Origin: Podarcis bocagei
Lineage: Eukaryota
NCBI GenBank assembly: GCA_964188305.1
Contig: OZ076887.1
Direction: 5' to 3' (one strand)
DNA: 64,000 nucleotides
Numbering within the stretch: position 1 is the stretch's first letter; each line of letters begins with the position of its first letter. Below the pieces are notes generated by a model, which was not told the DNA's origin, ran no database searches, and was given only the letters and a program-made list of their open reading frames with translations. Of the stretch, positions 51,257 through 64,000 are shown piece by piece. The position numbers and the translations under genes are program-made.

Positions 51257-54200
51257 ATTCTAGATTCCATTTGTAACTGGGAGCTGTAGAACACTGGATT
51301 CCTTTTCAATAGAAGGGTGCCATTAAGCAAAGACCAAAACAAGATGTTCAGTTCTTACCAATCCTTAAAAGCTAATATTTGTTTGTTCAAGTTGTAATAC
51401 TTATTTCTCTGAGCGGTTTAAAGTAACATTAAGAATGTACAAATACAATTTAAACTCTCATGTAGCAAAAGCACTTAAACCAACTATAAAAAGCCCATTT
51501 GAACTAGTACGCTACCCATCTTTGTCATAAACATAAAGCACAAGGATGAGTCTATGGGAGACATACAGGACTCCATTCACTGCCAGATGTATCTGCTTTG
51601 TAGAGTTTCCTCTCCTTTCAGTGTGATCCACAAAACACTTAATCAGACATTCATTAAGACTGTTTAATTGGAAGCAGAGTTGTCAGAGCTATTTGTGGCC
51701 CGCACTCTCTATCAATTAAACACCACTGAAAGTTTCACCATTACTAATTACGTTCTGGCAATTGTTTTCTCTAACAAGCTCCCAAACGTCTAATGTCATT
51801 TGCACTGAGCATGCAGATCAAACTTGGGTAGTTGCACTAAATGCCGTTAGTCCAGTGAGCTACCCTTATCAAGCATAGCAGCTAGACTGGACTTACGGTG
51901 TACTTTATCGGTGTAATGAATTCTGCTATGGTATCATTGACAAGGCTTGGAGTGATGGGACTGTGAAGCAAAGAAATATTGCCAATACAGGACATGAAAA
52001 CTAATCTAATTATTTCTAGAGATGTAGTCTTGTAATCCATTAACATAAGCAAGTTGTTTCATTACATACACCTACCTATTCATTAACTTTGTCTCATCAC
52101 TTATGATTTAATAATTGCTCAGTGTCATTACTTAGTGGTTATACAAATGAGCGGTGTTAACTCTCAACTTAGCAGCCATCATAGCCTTGTATAAAATAAC
52201 CTTGGCTATACTTAAGATGCATCAGATTTGGGCTTCCTTCCTGGCCTGACAAGGTTTACTTTATCTCACAGTCAGCAGGCAGCATTCTTCAGAAATGGTC
52301 ATGTCACCCTGAGCTTACCTCAAACCCAATCCTGCACTGATCTCCACTAGTCAGTGCAACGCACTGGACAGCCAATGAGTCTGCAGACAACTGTTACATT
52401 TTTATTGGTATTGCTGTTGTTTTTAATTGGACTTTGCATCCACCTTTCTCGAGAGCAAATGGTAGAATACATGTTTGGGGATAATGTCAAACCCCTGGAG
52501 AGTTACAGCGCCTGCTGTGAGACCAATACAGGAGAGACATTTTTTTTTATTGCAGGTGGGGCAGATAAATGTGTTTCATTGCTACAGGTACAACATGGTG
52601 TTTATTCTTTCTGTGCTGCTCCCAATGGCCATTCCTTCTCTGGTCACTGCTGTAGCAACAACAGCAATCAATAATAATGATATATTTCATTCATAGCAAA
52701 TTGATTTTTGATTTATGCACTATTATTATTTTATAATATTAACAGCGACAAATTTCATTTCTTCCTGATTTATTCATCGTCATTATTGCTTTCATGATAT
52801 TTCATTTATAGCAAATTGGTTATTTATTTATTCTTGCATTGCTTCCCAACCTTCCAAGAAACTTTTATGAGAAACTCTTTTGTGAGACTTGCCCTTGGGA
52901 AACAAGGAGCTTGTCACAGCTGTCCATAAATTTGTCATTTTAGTGGGTTGGATCCAGAGTGGATCCTCCACTCGTGGTGGAGAACTCTGTTCATGAGATG
53001 TTCCTCTAGAAGAAGGGGGCTGGTTCTCCTATAGCCCACTAAAAGCCTGCTCCAGGCAGTTAGATCACCTTCTTGATTATTATTTTTTTTGGGGGGGTGG
53101 GGGGTGGGAGGGTAGGCAGAATCAGGAACCCAGCAAATAAAAAAAAATTAAATTCACCCACTTCTCTCCCTTTCCCTTAGTAACAGCTTCTGCAGAGTCT
53201 TTGTTTTTGGCCTGAATAGAAGGAATCCAAAAATTATGGAAAGGGAAGCATGTGTCTAACCCACCCAGAGTATTCTCCACATGTTTACGGTGAGCCCAAA
53301 TTTAAACAGTACTTGCAGAATCTAGTCCTTGTTCTGAGGATGAGGCAAGAAAACTAAAAGAAAGAAAAAGAAAACTGAAGAAAAATGCTTAGGTATTATG
53401 TATAACTGATAGATAAAAGGCAATAGGAGAAGCTCTGAGCAGAGGTTATGAGGTTCTTACATATCTTTCAAGGGGGAAGCGATATTGCTCGCTCCCCACT
53501 CTCTAATCCTAAAATGAACTGCGTTCATTCAACAGCTTATAGTGAAAGGAATTTAGATGAGACTGAATAATGTATTTGTACCCCTGTATCTATCTAGCTA
53601 TCTATCTGCTATAATCAGTTTCAGCTAACAAAAAACAACCTTTGGTTGGGGGGCTGTAATACTTTACAAAAGATTTTACTTTTATAGGATGGTTTTTCTT
53701 AGGAACCTTTGCATTCTTCCATTCAGCAGTATTCAGTATGGGGAGGTGGTAAAGAAGGATTACCCTGGTTTAACAAAGTGCAAAACTAATTGAATCATTA
53801 ACTGGATATTCAGATTCAAATATCTTTGTTCCCTCTGTTTACTCTTCTGCTTTGTTCTTCTACACGCCTCTTTTCTTTCTCCCTGTTTGTAAAACTGCTT
53901 AAGTTTGAGACCTGTTCCACAAAAGGTCATGTGAAAACGCACATCAAACATGTCAACGAAAGTCAAGGCTTTCTATGTTAGTAGCTTTACGATTTACCCC
54001 CATTAGTACTTTTGGCTCTTAGCAATTGGAAACATCACATTCCCCATCCCCAGTGGGAATGCACAACTCTATTTTGTTTGGCCAGCTTCTTTTTTCACAT
54101 ATAGGTTTCCATTATAGTTTTTGAAAATGATCTAAAAATATAAGACAAAAGAGATCATTCTGCCACTGCTGTTCAAAATTGCCCTTTTTGCTTTAAAAAT

Positions 54201-54473
54201 AAATAAATATAAATTCACATTTTCTGGCTTCACTTATGAGACTGTGCTAGCTAAAGGGATTTCTTACTGGCCTTACATCCAGTGCCGGAGTCTTGAAAAG
54301 ACTCTGTGAACTAGAGACAGAAACCAAGGGACTGTTTCTTAGAAACAATGCATATTGTCCGGAAAACATGCACATTATAGTACAACCTTCCTCAAAGAAG
54401 GAATTGGGCTCTTTTCCTGGCTGGTATACATACAGCCCAACAGACCAATGCATATTGTACATTCTCCAGGAAA

Positions 54474-55373
54474 GCGTGTTCTCCTTCATGGAGAGCACGT
54501 GTTGCGGTGGGGTCTGCTGAGCCACCCCTCTGTTACCAGGCAGGGTCTCTAAAGATGGCCTGGGGCAGTGATAGGTTCACTGGGTTGCTGGGGTAAAAGT
54601 TATGTTGCAATTTTGGTGGGAGGGGTAAAATGTTTAAGTACTCTGCACGCAACCTGGAGCTTTCTCTTTGCTGCGTGCAACGGATCACCCGCCCACCCGC
54701 CCTTGAGTAAGGGGTTGTTGCATTGACCTTGCTATGCCTGTCATGGGGTCGTCTGCCGTTGGGGCAGGGGCCTGGTAGGAATTTTGTCCATCTGGCTGAT
54801 TGGCTGGGCCATTTGGTTTTTGCCTACTGCGTAGCAAATCGTCACAACTTGTAAGGTTGCGGTTAGGCATTGGTTATAAATTGGTGGAGGAGGGGTTAGG
54901 ATAGGCTGGGCCTGCCCCTCCATGGAGGGGTTAGGATAGGCTGGGCCTGCCCCTCCATGGTTGCTGCGGAAAGGGAATTCCGTTAAAGGAATCCTGGGGC
55001 TTGCCATCTTTTCGTCCAATCCCTGGAATGGGACTAGGGCCGGCAAGCCTTCGGGGAGCAGGCGGGTGAGAGGTGAGGGTCTGTGACTCAGCTCCATTTC
55101 TCCCCGACTTGCTTTCCCCCGCACTGTCTTTCGGTGGTGCCCGGAAATCAGTTTTGTCCCCAGGCGGGGGGACAGATAGTCTTAACCAATGCCTAAACAA
55201 CCACTCACGGTTTTGTATTTAAATAAAGTTTTGGCCAAAATTATGCCAAAAACCTTAAACAAAAATTAAGTGTGCGTTGTGAGTTATTTGGGGGGTGGCT
55301 TGGGGACCTCGACACGCAAATAAGCATAATCTCCAACAGGCTTTGAGTAATCTGTATATCTTGATAGGGGTTC
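54474..55373 (+). mobile_element. Young GC/CpG-rich retrotransposon terminal fragment (DIRS/Ngaro-like or LTR)
   Basis: Abrupt GC and CpG island. TATAAA at 54875 and AATAAA at 55222. 14-bp internal inverted repeat (54863-54876 and 55183-55196). 35-bp tandem duplication at 54889-54958. The family assignment is from memory only. Confidence 0.6.
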
Positions 55374-56879
55374 TACATTCTCCAGGAAACATGCACAATC
55401 TTAGACTGTGTATAACTGAACAATATCACAATGCAGCAGCCTTTCCCAACAGGGTTCCCTCCAGATATTGTTGGACTCCCATCATTCCCAACTCCCATCA
55501 TTCCATTTTGCTTATGGGAGTTGGAGTCCAAACCATCTGCAGTGCGCCAGGTTTGGAGAGGCTGCACTGCAATATAAAGAGGTCCTAGGTTGAAACTAGA
55601 TGTTACAGCCATCTTGTGCACCCCAACATTCAACACAACAGGGCTGTCAGTATCATTTCTGCCTCTTTTCTCCTTCCTCTATCCCAGTAGATAGCATGCC
55701 TCCTATTTTCCCCACAAAGTTTAGTATGGCAACAGCAAGAACACCATGGTGAGCTCCCCACAAGTGACACTCAGTGGTGTCAAGTTGAAGCATATTTGGA
55801 ACATGTCATGCATTTTGTCTTACTAAATGTTACCAGGGCGAGGAAATGAGAAGGAGACAGTCAGCTGCTTTTGGCAGCCACTACTGTGACATTAGTTCCC
55901 ATCCCAATTCTTCAGCATCCCACACTTTTGCTTTGCAAAGGCAAATGATCTAAGCCTACACAATAACGTAGAATCATGGCCAGTTTAAATCCAAAATAAT
56001 TTAGTATCCATTTCCCTTTTCAGCCCTATTGAGATTTCAGATAACTTGCTTGTAACTATAAAAATAAAACACCTCCTTCCACTTGCCTGTGATAAGAGCT
56101 GCCGGGGTCAAGAGTTTACTGTGTTTTCTGTCACAATTTACTGTTAAGACATCAGTTCACTCCCCCGTCAAGCTCCAAATTCATGGTGTGGGATCTGGAG
56201 AGACACTCTTCTAAGGCAGAGAGAGAGAGAAAGTTGTCTCACGGGGAACTAAAATATAACACAAAAACTACTGTCAAGCTCAGGGAAGCCAATGCAGACA
56301 TCAATCAGTCTTATGCTCACTATTTAATGCACCGTACAGCTACTTATGCCATTTGCCGATGAAACCACTGCACATACTGGTTTAAGTATTTCCATAAGCT
56401 TTATAAAGGCATAGCCTGTAGAAAGACATATTCGGGATCTAATAGAAAGCAATCATCAAAATTCCATTTCTCCCCTCAAGGATTAGAATGGTGGTACATG
56501 GAGAAACTCTAATAATGATTTTTTTTTTGGGGGGGGGAGCCAGCAAATCCTTGCTAGTACATATCTATTCCAATTTATTTTAAAATATAATTAAGAAAAG
56601 CTAGACCAAAAATGGCTACTTTCAGTTACATGACAAAATGGAGGTCTATTATTTGCAATGTATCTGTATACTGAAGACCAAGAAACCTAGCAACCATACT
56701 TATTGCAGAACTCTCCCCACCCCCATTTCTTCGTTGGCATTGCCTGGCTCATGGTGAAGAATTAGATGCACCTGCTGGGTGGTCTCCACCTAGACACCTT
56801 TTATTTTGTAATAAATAAAGGTGTGAGGAATTTTGGGGGCCCCAGATGTTGCTGGACTCCCATTTGCATCATCCCCTGT

Positions 56880-57250
56880 GGAAGAGAGCAAGGGAAGCAG
56901 GCAAAGGCAACACCAAGACCTGCTCCACCAAGATGGTTCCCCAGCCCCACTACAGAGTTAATGGATGCCATCTACCTTGTGAGAAGGAAGAAGAGAGTGA
57001 GGGAAGGAGGCAGAGGCAACATCAGAACCTGCTGTAGTCAAACTGCACCCCTCTCACAGGGCCAATAGGCAGCATTGGAAGGAAAGGAATGAGCGAGGGA
57101 GATAAGAACAGCACCAGAGCCTGCTCCAGTCAGACTGCCCACTTCTCGCCAACAAAGAGCCAGCATACACCATCTGGTTTGTGAAATGGAAGAAGAGAGC
57201 GACAGAAGCAAAGACCACATAAGGATCTGCTCCATTCAGACTGTCCCTTC
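56880..57250. repeat. Degenerate ~90-110-bp tandem repeat, 4 copies
   Basis: Recurrent gaagagagcgagggaag..ca(c/t)cagaacctgctccagtcagactg, with anchors near 56920, 57030, 57120 and 57228. Confidence 0.6.
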
Positions 57251-57499
57251 ACCTCCATTGCCCAGCCAACTTTGCAAGTTTTATTATATCTGTATTTTAT
57301 TTTAATACTTTAAATTTGTGGACTGCCTTGGGTGCCTTGTCAGAAAGAACATCACTGGGAGGGGGACAGGTTCCACACTCCTGAGAGTGGGTCTACTCTG
57401 AGTAAAACTTCACTGAATACAATGCATAATACTAAAAATCTAAGCTGAGAATACTTTGGTCATTCATCTGTTTGTGCCTTGGTACACACTACCTGTTGT

Positions 57500-57690
57500 C
57501 TTTGTCCATGGAGTTTTCTTGGCAGGGATACTGGAGTGGCTTGCTGGTTCCTCCTCCAGGTGGATCACGTTTGGTCAAAACTCTCCACTATGACCTGTTT
57601 ATCTTGGGTGCCCTGCTCGGTATAGTTCATAGCTTCCCTGAGTTATTCAAGCCCCTTCGCCACGGCAAGGCAGTGATCCATGAAAGGATC
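57500..57690 (-). mobile_element. Bov-B-related fragment
   Basis: tccatggagttttcttggcagggatactggagtgg..ctctccactatgacc..atagttcatagcttc resembles Bov-B sequence in reverse orientation. Confidence 0.65.
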
Positions 57691-58326
57691 TACCTACCAA
57701 GACCACACCTCTTTGTCTCTCTCCATGTGAATGTTCCATGAAGTCAGCTCTGCTCTCTCACCATTTGATCTTATTACATGGAGGAAATGGCACCCGAATA
57801 AAGCTAGTAACTGAACCTGAGCAGTTATGTCTCATCAATGTCAATATGGCTATCTAGTTTCTCTCCCATATTGCAAAGGCAGATGTCCAAGATGTGCAGG
57901 GATAACACTAATAATATGGCTAATAATTCGACATGCTTGTTTGCATTTTGCATATTACACATAAATGCCAGAAGCAATGACAAGCAGCCCTCTTTAATCT
58001 ACCTGACAGCTTTACTGTCATTGGCTGGTTGAACTTCAAGGAAAGTTATGACAGTAGCGAAGTTCGGCAACTGTGGCACATATTTTTGTAATTAAGTAAA
58101 TGATTGCAAACCGCATCGCATAGACTCTGCTGACGTTATTTACTAACACGTCAGATGCTGGAAGTAGATTGTATCCTTCTGCACGTACTATGTAGGAAAT
58201 GATTTACATTTTTCCTCCTCTATGACAAGCCAGAGTTCTCATTTATAATAGGTATTTCTATGATTTAAATAAGCACTTTTTTGCATTTTCAATGTTAAAT
58301 TAAAAGGCAATTTTATTTCTCTCTTA

Positions 58327-58413
58327 GGTTGCAATCTTATACTCACCTAGAAGCAAGTGTCATTGAACTCAATTAGACTTACTTCTGAGTAGGCATGTAT
58401 AGGACTGCACTGT
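58327..58413. repeat. Old palindromic MITE-like repeat (gcaatcctat..cattga..tcaat..ataggattgc family)
   Basis: Imperfect palindrome. Relatives lie at ~21850-21925, ~26705-27262 (split by a MITE), ~35690-35755 and ~61425-61512. Confidence 0.6.
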
Positions 58414-61075
58414 TTATGTATTTTATTCCATTTGAATTCTAAGAAATCAAGTACACATTTTTAACTTCTCCTCAACTGGAATGAAGTGATGTCACCACCA
58501 TAATGCCTTGGCATTTAAGGTTTACAAATGAAATCCTATTGGGATTATGTGAAACCCAAACAAAGTATGTTGTTATATTTTGTTTATTTGTATCCAGAAA
58601 TCTTTGTTTACTTCCTTCTTTCTTCTTCCTTTCTTTTTAATTCAAGACATGTAAATTCAAGTGGCAAACCATGGCCTTTCTCAACAACTGGCCCCCCATA
58701 CATAGTGTCAGTCCCCACCCCCACCCCAGTTTCATAATGACTTAGAAAAGCCTGTGCTAAACTGGGCTTCTCCAGCCAAACTAGGTTGCCAATCCTTCAC
58801 AGTAAGAATAAGGATAAATGGTTAGTATGCAAGTATTCATTTGAAGCTGATCACTAGACAGGCTGATTATTAAGAATTCTCACTTTGGGAATAGTTAATG
58901 GTGCTCTCGATAAAACCTTTTCCTTCCTTGGATCCAGGACGGTATTCACTGATGCATTCTGGGAAGGCTAACCAAATCTGTAGCTTAGGATCAGAAGGCA
59001 GGAGAAAGGCACAACATCTGTGTGTAGGGCTTTGCTGCATTAGTTTTACTGCAATTATCTTCCCATTTAGGCTGTTTAGTTCTGGGGTAGCTCAGTGGCT
59101 AAAGCCTAGGATTATCAGGCAAGAAAAGAAAATGAGAGGTGGTCTGGGATAGGCTGAGCTGTAATCTAAACAAGGGGAGAGTGACTGGGCATTATCTTAA
59201 TATGAATGGAGATTCCTGAGATAATGCATATAGCTCTTAACAGGGGGAAGAAAGGGGGCCTTGCCAACAGCCACTCCATTGTTCAGCTTTTGTCAGGAGT
59301 GAAATAAGAGCAGAAGAGCCTTTCAGGTCCTCTCTATGAGGCTAGAGGAGTGGAATGTGGTTGGAATCCAGCTAAGTGTTTGATGTCTCTCTTCTTCTCT
59401 CTGTCTCTCTCTCTTTCTCTCTCTGTGTTGAGGTCTTTTGTGAAAGAGACCTGGCAGGGACATGCAACTTTCCTAGAGAAAGGGCAAAGCCTGAAACAAG
59501 TCGCTTCCCCCGGTAATGAGCTGACATGCAATTTGAGGACAATAGCATGTCTTTATAGCCATCCATGGTTGAGCTAATAGAGTTGTGATGACTTTGCACC
59601 TGCTGCTACCGCAGCCTGACCATGGAAAGAGAACAACAACCCCCGCCCCAAATTCCTACACTATGAAATCTCCCACAGGCCCACTGCTGTCTAACGCAAG
59701 AATACAGTTTGACGGATGAAGTGCCTGACAATGACATATCTCTTCAGGACAACAGCGAAATGACTAGAATTTTAAATCATCATCTTCCATTTCTTTCCTT
59801 CCCTCCACCTACCTCTTCATCCCTGCTTTCCATCTGAAGAGCGATATATTGCCTTGAACATGCAGACAAGCTAACAGTACAATTTACTTTATTGGTAATG
59901 GTTCAAGATGGTTCCTTTCCTACAAGCCTTGTGATACATGCTGCTCCCACATAACAGTCCATGACAACTCATATATATTAAGGCACACTTTCACTGGAGA
60001 ATAGAAGACAGCTTGGAGTTTGCAGAAATGTCCACATGATGTGTACTTAAAAAGAGGGGAAATGTTTTGAATAGAGGATTGGTCACTCAGTTGTTTTGCT
60101 TCACATGCTACTGATAAAAAAAAAACAGGCTCAGTTTCTTTAAATAGCAAGATGGTGTCTCTCTCCCCCCCCCCTTTAAATATCCTTTCCTTTTTGACAT
60201 ATACAATGTGTAGCTTTGTTATGGCGTTGTGGTAAATCTTATAGGGGAAGACACAGCAGGGTCAGTGAGATTCTGTATTCACAGCAGAGTGTCTGGGAAA
60301 GGAATGTTTACATGACCCTTAGCACAAAGTTTAAATATATGCAGCAGTTTTGCTGTTAACTCCTTGAACTTTCTGGCTGAGCAGACTCGTTGCCGGGAAG
60401 AAAATTCTGTTCCACTTGTTTGTTGCATTGTTACTGTTTAAAAATGTTCACGTCCTGTCAGCTGTTTCGGACATCTGCTCAGCTCTATAAATTGTCTGCA
60501 TGGGGCAAGCGGTCTTCCCCTTCATCCCACCCCCACCAGTTTGGTCATTTTGAGGGGTGGAGATTGAGGAACATAAATATTGGCATGTCTCTTTTATTTG
60601 TGTTGGTTGAAGACGAATGAGAGAAGAGGGAAGAAATCTTGCAAGCCCAGCCAAAAATAATGTGTGGCAAGGTTCTTGCCTGACAGAGAGCTGTCTTGGT
60701 CTTTCAAGTCTGTAACCTACATGCAAAGAAAAGCAGAGCTACAAGATGACCTAATGTTTGGTTAATGTGTAATTTAACAAGAGCGAATCAGAAATCCATT
60801 TTGTAATACAAGACTAGCTACAATCACATTTGGTGCCTTTTGACTTAGACGTGATTGTCTTATTCAACATCGGCCCTATTGTTTGTTAAAAGAGAGAAAA
60901 TCTCCAGACTAGAAACATAATTCAAAAGTGCCCACGCACCACATCCTGAGCAACTAAAACAGGAGAAACCAGATTGGACAAACCACAGAACTGTCTCCAT
61001 AGTTTGAGGAACATTTTGATGAACTTTGGTAAGTCCACTACTTAGCTAAGCATTCCTGGTGTCCTTCGCCTAGGA

Positions 61076-61407
61076 CAGGGGTCTGCAACCTTTAAGTCAA
61101 AAAGAGCCACTTGGACCCGTTCTTGAAGAAAACAACAACTGGGAGCCGCAAAACCATTGCAACATTTAAAACAAATATATCTCCGGAGCCGCGATCTGAC
61201 AGCTGGCGGGAAGGTGACGTCGGGATGGTGCGTGACTAACGCACGCACCGCCCCCATGCGACATCACAGCCAGTACAGCACCCGCCACAGTGGGGAGTGT
61301 CAGGGCGCACAATGCACCTCCTCCCCTCGCTAGTATCCGCCCCGGAGCCGCGGCAAAGATGTAAAAGAGCCACATGCGGCTCCGGAGCCGTGGGTTGCAG
61401 ACCCCTG
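61076..61407. mobile_element. hAT-Charlie-type MITE (332 bp), young
   Basis: Perfect 15-bp TIR CAGGGGTCTGCAACC. Perfect 8-bp TSD gcctagga (61068-61075 and 61408-61415). CpG-rich. Confidence 0.95.
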
Positions 61408-61645
61408 GCCTAGGACAATGAGAACACAACCCTGTGTATGTCAACACAGAAATAAGTCCCATTGAGTTCAGTGGAATTTACTTCCAGGTAAGTCTGTATA
61501 GGATTGCAACCCTTGAACTGGTTGATAAAATATAGTATCTCAGCTGGCTGATATGTTAGTCATCTACTTGTGTGAGCCATAAAATCATTTCTATGGAAGT
61601 CTTCAAGGGAAGTTGCGGTAGCAATTCCCATTAAAACATCAAAGC

Positions 61646-61783
61646 CAATGGTTCTCAACCTGTGGTTCCCCAGATATTGTTGGACTACAACTCCCATCAT
61701 CCTTGAGCTCTGGCCTTGCTATCTAGGGGTGATGGGAGTTGTAGTCCAACAACATATGGGGACCCACAGGTTGAGAACTGCTG
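61646..61783. mobile_element. Palindromic hAT-like MITE (138 bp)
   Basis: gttctcaacctgtgg..gttggactacaactcccatca and tgatgggagttgtagtccaac..ccacaggttgagaac. TSD atc(a/t)aagc, 7/8 match. Confidence 0.85.
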
Positions 61784-62429
61784 ATCTAAGCAGTTTCCAG
61801 TGGGGCCTGGTCAAAAAGTAGCTGTGCAGCTTACTATGGGAAATGCCCTCACCAATAAATATAGAGAGAGCTTTTATTTTGCTGTCATCCAATTTGAGAT
61901 TTAAGGTGAGCTGATGCTTGTTGTGATGCCAACCACCTCAGATAAAGAGGGGCCTGGTCTTCAACCACCAACCTGGTAAAAAGATAAATAAACCTTTATA
62001 TCTGTGCACACACTGTTAAAACCAGGTCTTTACCAACTCCTCAAATGCCACATTGTATTGGTTGTGATCTATGTCTAGACTGTCTGCAATGTCATCCACT
62101 GGTTGATGCAAAAGAGATTCTATGGCTGTGCAGTTCCCCACCCCTAAGGACTCCAGAGAGACCAATCTGTTTGCATAAGTGGGTTTGTGAATTGCAGTCT
62201 GTCACTCAGCCAACAATTCCAGTGTGCACTCAGGAGCTATAATAGGCAGTGCTTCTCTGCACAGGCAAGGACTTCCCCCATTCCCTTAATGATGGGGAAT
62301 AGTCCATCTGCAAACTAGACTTGTGCCAGTGGACCACTTGCTGACATGAAACTGCAGAGGACAGCTCCTGATTATGCAGAGCATATTCTGCCCGGAAGAA
62401 CTCCCTCAGATCATTAGTTTGCTCCCTGC

Positions 62430-63100
62430 AGCTTTGATCGTTCTATTCTGTGTTTCTAGCATTTGCATTAGTTTTAGGCCATTAGTGACATGGTTTAGCA
62501 ATTTGCCTTAAACCTTTAGTAGACGTTAAACAAATATTGTCCTTTTAATTCAATTTCTAAACTAATGTCAATGTGTAGATTCATGTAAGAGCGGTAAAAC
62601 TTTAAAAAGGAGGGTAATCGGCTCAGGCATAAGAGACACTGGTTTTTTTTTTAATATAAGTTCAGCAGCTAGTGAGCGATCCGAGGGAAATGACAGAGTG
62701 AATACATTTTAATTCATGCAACATGTACAAGACTAAGTTGGCAATGGCTTGGTAGTTTCCATCGCAGGAATGTCAGAGATGATCAAAGGGAAAGTGACAA
62801 CAAATGCCCTTGTGGAAGGCACAGCACAGCACTAGCGACGGCACCAAGAATGGCTGGCTTTGTCACTTGCATCTTGCTATTTATCTTATGATGCAAACAT
62901 TTCACCATATTGCTAGTCACTTAAGCTTCACTGTGAAGTTCTCATGCATTTTGGGGAATACAAGAGTGACACTAAAGAATCTTGGTGTTGTTGGGGGTTT
63001 TTTTAAAACGTCTGCCCCCTTTGAGAAAGTCCCACAGATGGATCTGACAGCTGTTTGCACCTGACAGATTAAATCTGGTAACTGAACTTGTTGTTTGTGC
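62430..63100. promoter_or_regulatory. Candidate conserved enhancer-like block
   Basis: Repeat-free with retained CpGs. Clustered GGAATGT (TEAD-like, 62767), TGTCA (TALE-like, 62771) and GATCAAAGG (TCF/LEF-like, 62781). Confidence 0.3.
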
Positions 63101-64000
63101 ACTCATCCAGTCCTTGAACTAGAACCCACGGGGAGTATTGAAAGCAGGTTTAGCAACTGAGTCAAAAAAGAGAGAACCTGCCATCAGCCAGACTAATAGC
63201 TGTGCTAAGCTTGTCACGGTTGGAAGTCGGCTATTTGAAAATCTTAAAGCAGTACTGTAGCAAGTGTCTTCTGCCCCTCCCTGTCTTCTCCCTTCTTTAT
63301 TCTTAAACACAAAATCCAAAGTAACATGACACAAAGAGCTGAACATTTCACATAACTTGAAGCATAAAACACTGGGAGTATCCATGCTATTAAGTGATGT
63401 CCAGCAGGATTACTTACTGTAGGTAGTTTAAGACTGAAAAAGTGGTTTATCACATACAATCAATGTATTCTTGTATCATGCTGATGATTCTAGCAGACTT
63501 CAATCCTAGAAGTGATCCTGGCAATAAACAGAGAATATATTCATAGAAAGCCACACTGCTGTGAAGTGGCCTTTCTAAATCCTGCTAGGGTGAGAGAATC
63601 CTGGAGGTCATAAGGCACACTTTATAAGGTTGCACACCTGAACTTCTAGGAAATACGGACTTTCCCAGCCAGTTCCTTTATGTTGCCATAAGACTCTATA
63701 GCATCAGCTACCTCATGGTCCCAGTGCCTGCTTGCTGTTCCATCTTAAAATATCTCTTCCTTTTCCAAAATAATTGGAACGACAATGCTAAGCTCCAGCC
63801 TGGCACTGCAATGCATTGTTCCAGTTCAGAAAGGTCTGTTCACTCACAGCTTCAGTCACTTCATCAGCAACGATTCTAGCAGTTGTTCAGTGGGAAGGAA
63901 GACTGGGAGACAGGGCCAGCCCACCCATGAGGAAAGGTGAGGGGACCGCCTTAGGTGGCTAATTCCACAGGGACAGCAGATCCCAATGGAGATCTTCACT

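Overview
This is AT-rich vertebrate non-coding DNA from a squamate, probably a lacertid lizard, judged from Sauria SINEs, Bov-B and RTE LINE pieces, CR1/L2/L1 remnants, and Tc1/mariner and hAT MITEs. There is no long intact gene, rRNA, true tRNA or CRISPR array; nearly all ORFs in the track are chance ORFs or TE fragments. On the + strand there is one candidate internal exon (9287-9330) and several splice-acceptor-plus-stop segments (12.4, 25.1, 28.1 kb). These may be alternative last exons of a host gene I cannot identify. Several repeat-free blocks look like conserved enhancers. The most unusual observation concerns two different solo LTRs (1706-2388, minus; 42749-43608, plus; both with 5-bp TSDs). 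Each opens an ORF at nucleotide 5 of the LTR with an M-x-W plus acidic start, and each has a basic (R)RSxRL-type segment upstream of the TATA-like box. This suggests a small protein encoded in the LTR U3. Other oddities are a perfect 24-bp hairpin, a G-U-compatible hairpin, a DIRS/LTR-like fragment bracketed by a 16-bp repeat, and several nested insertions. TE family names come from remembered consensus sequences, not from a database search.
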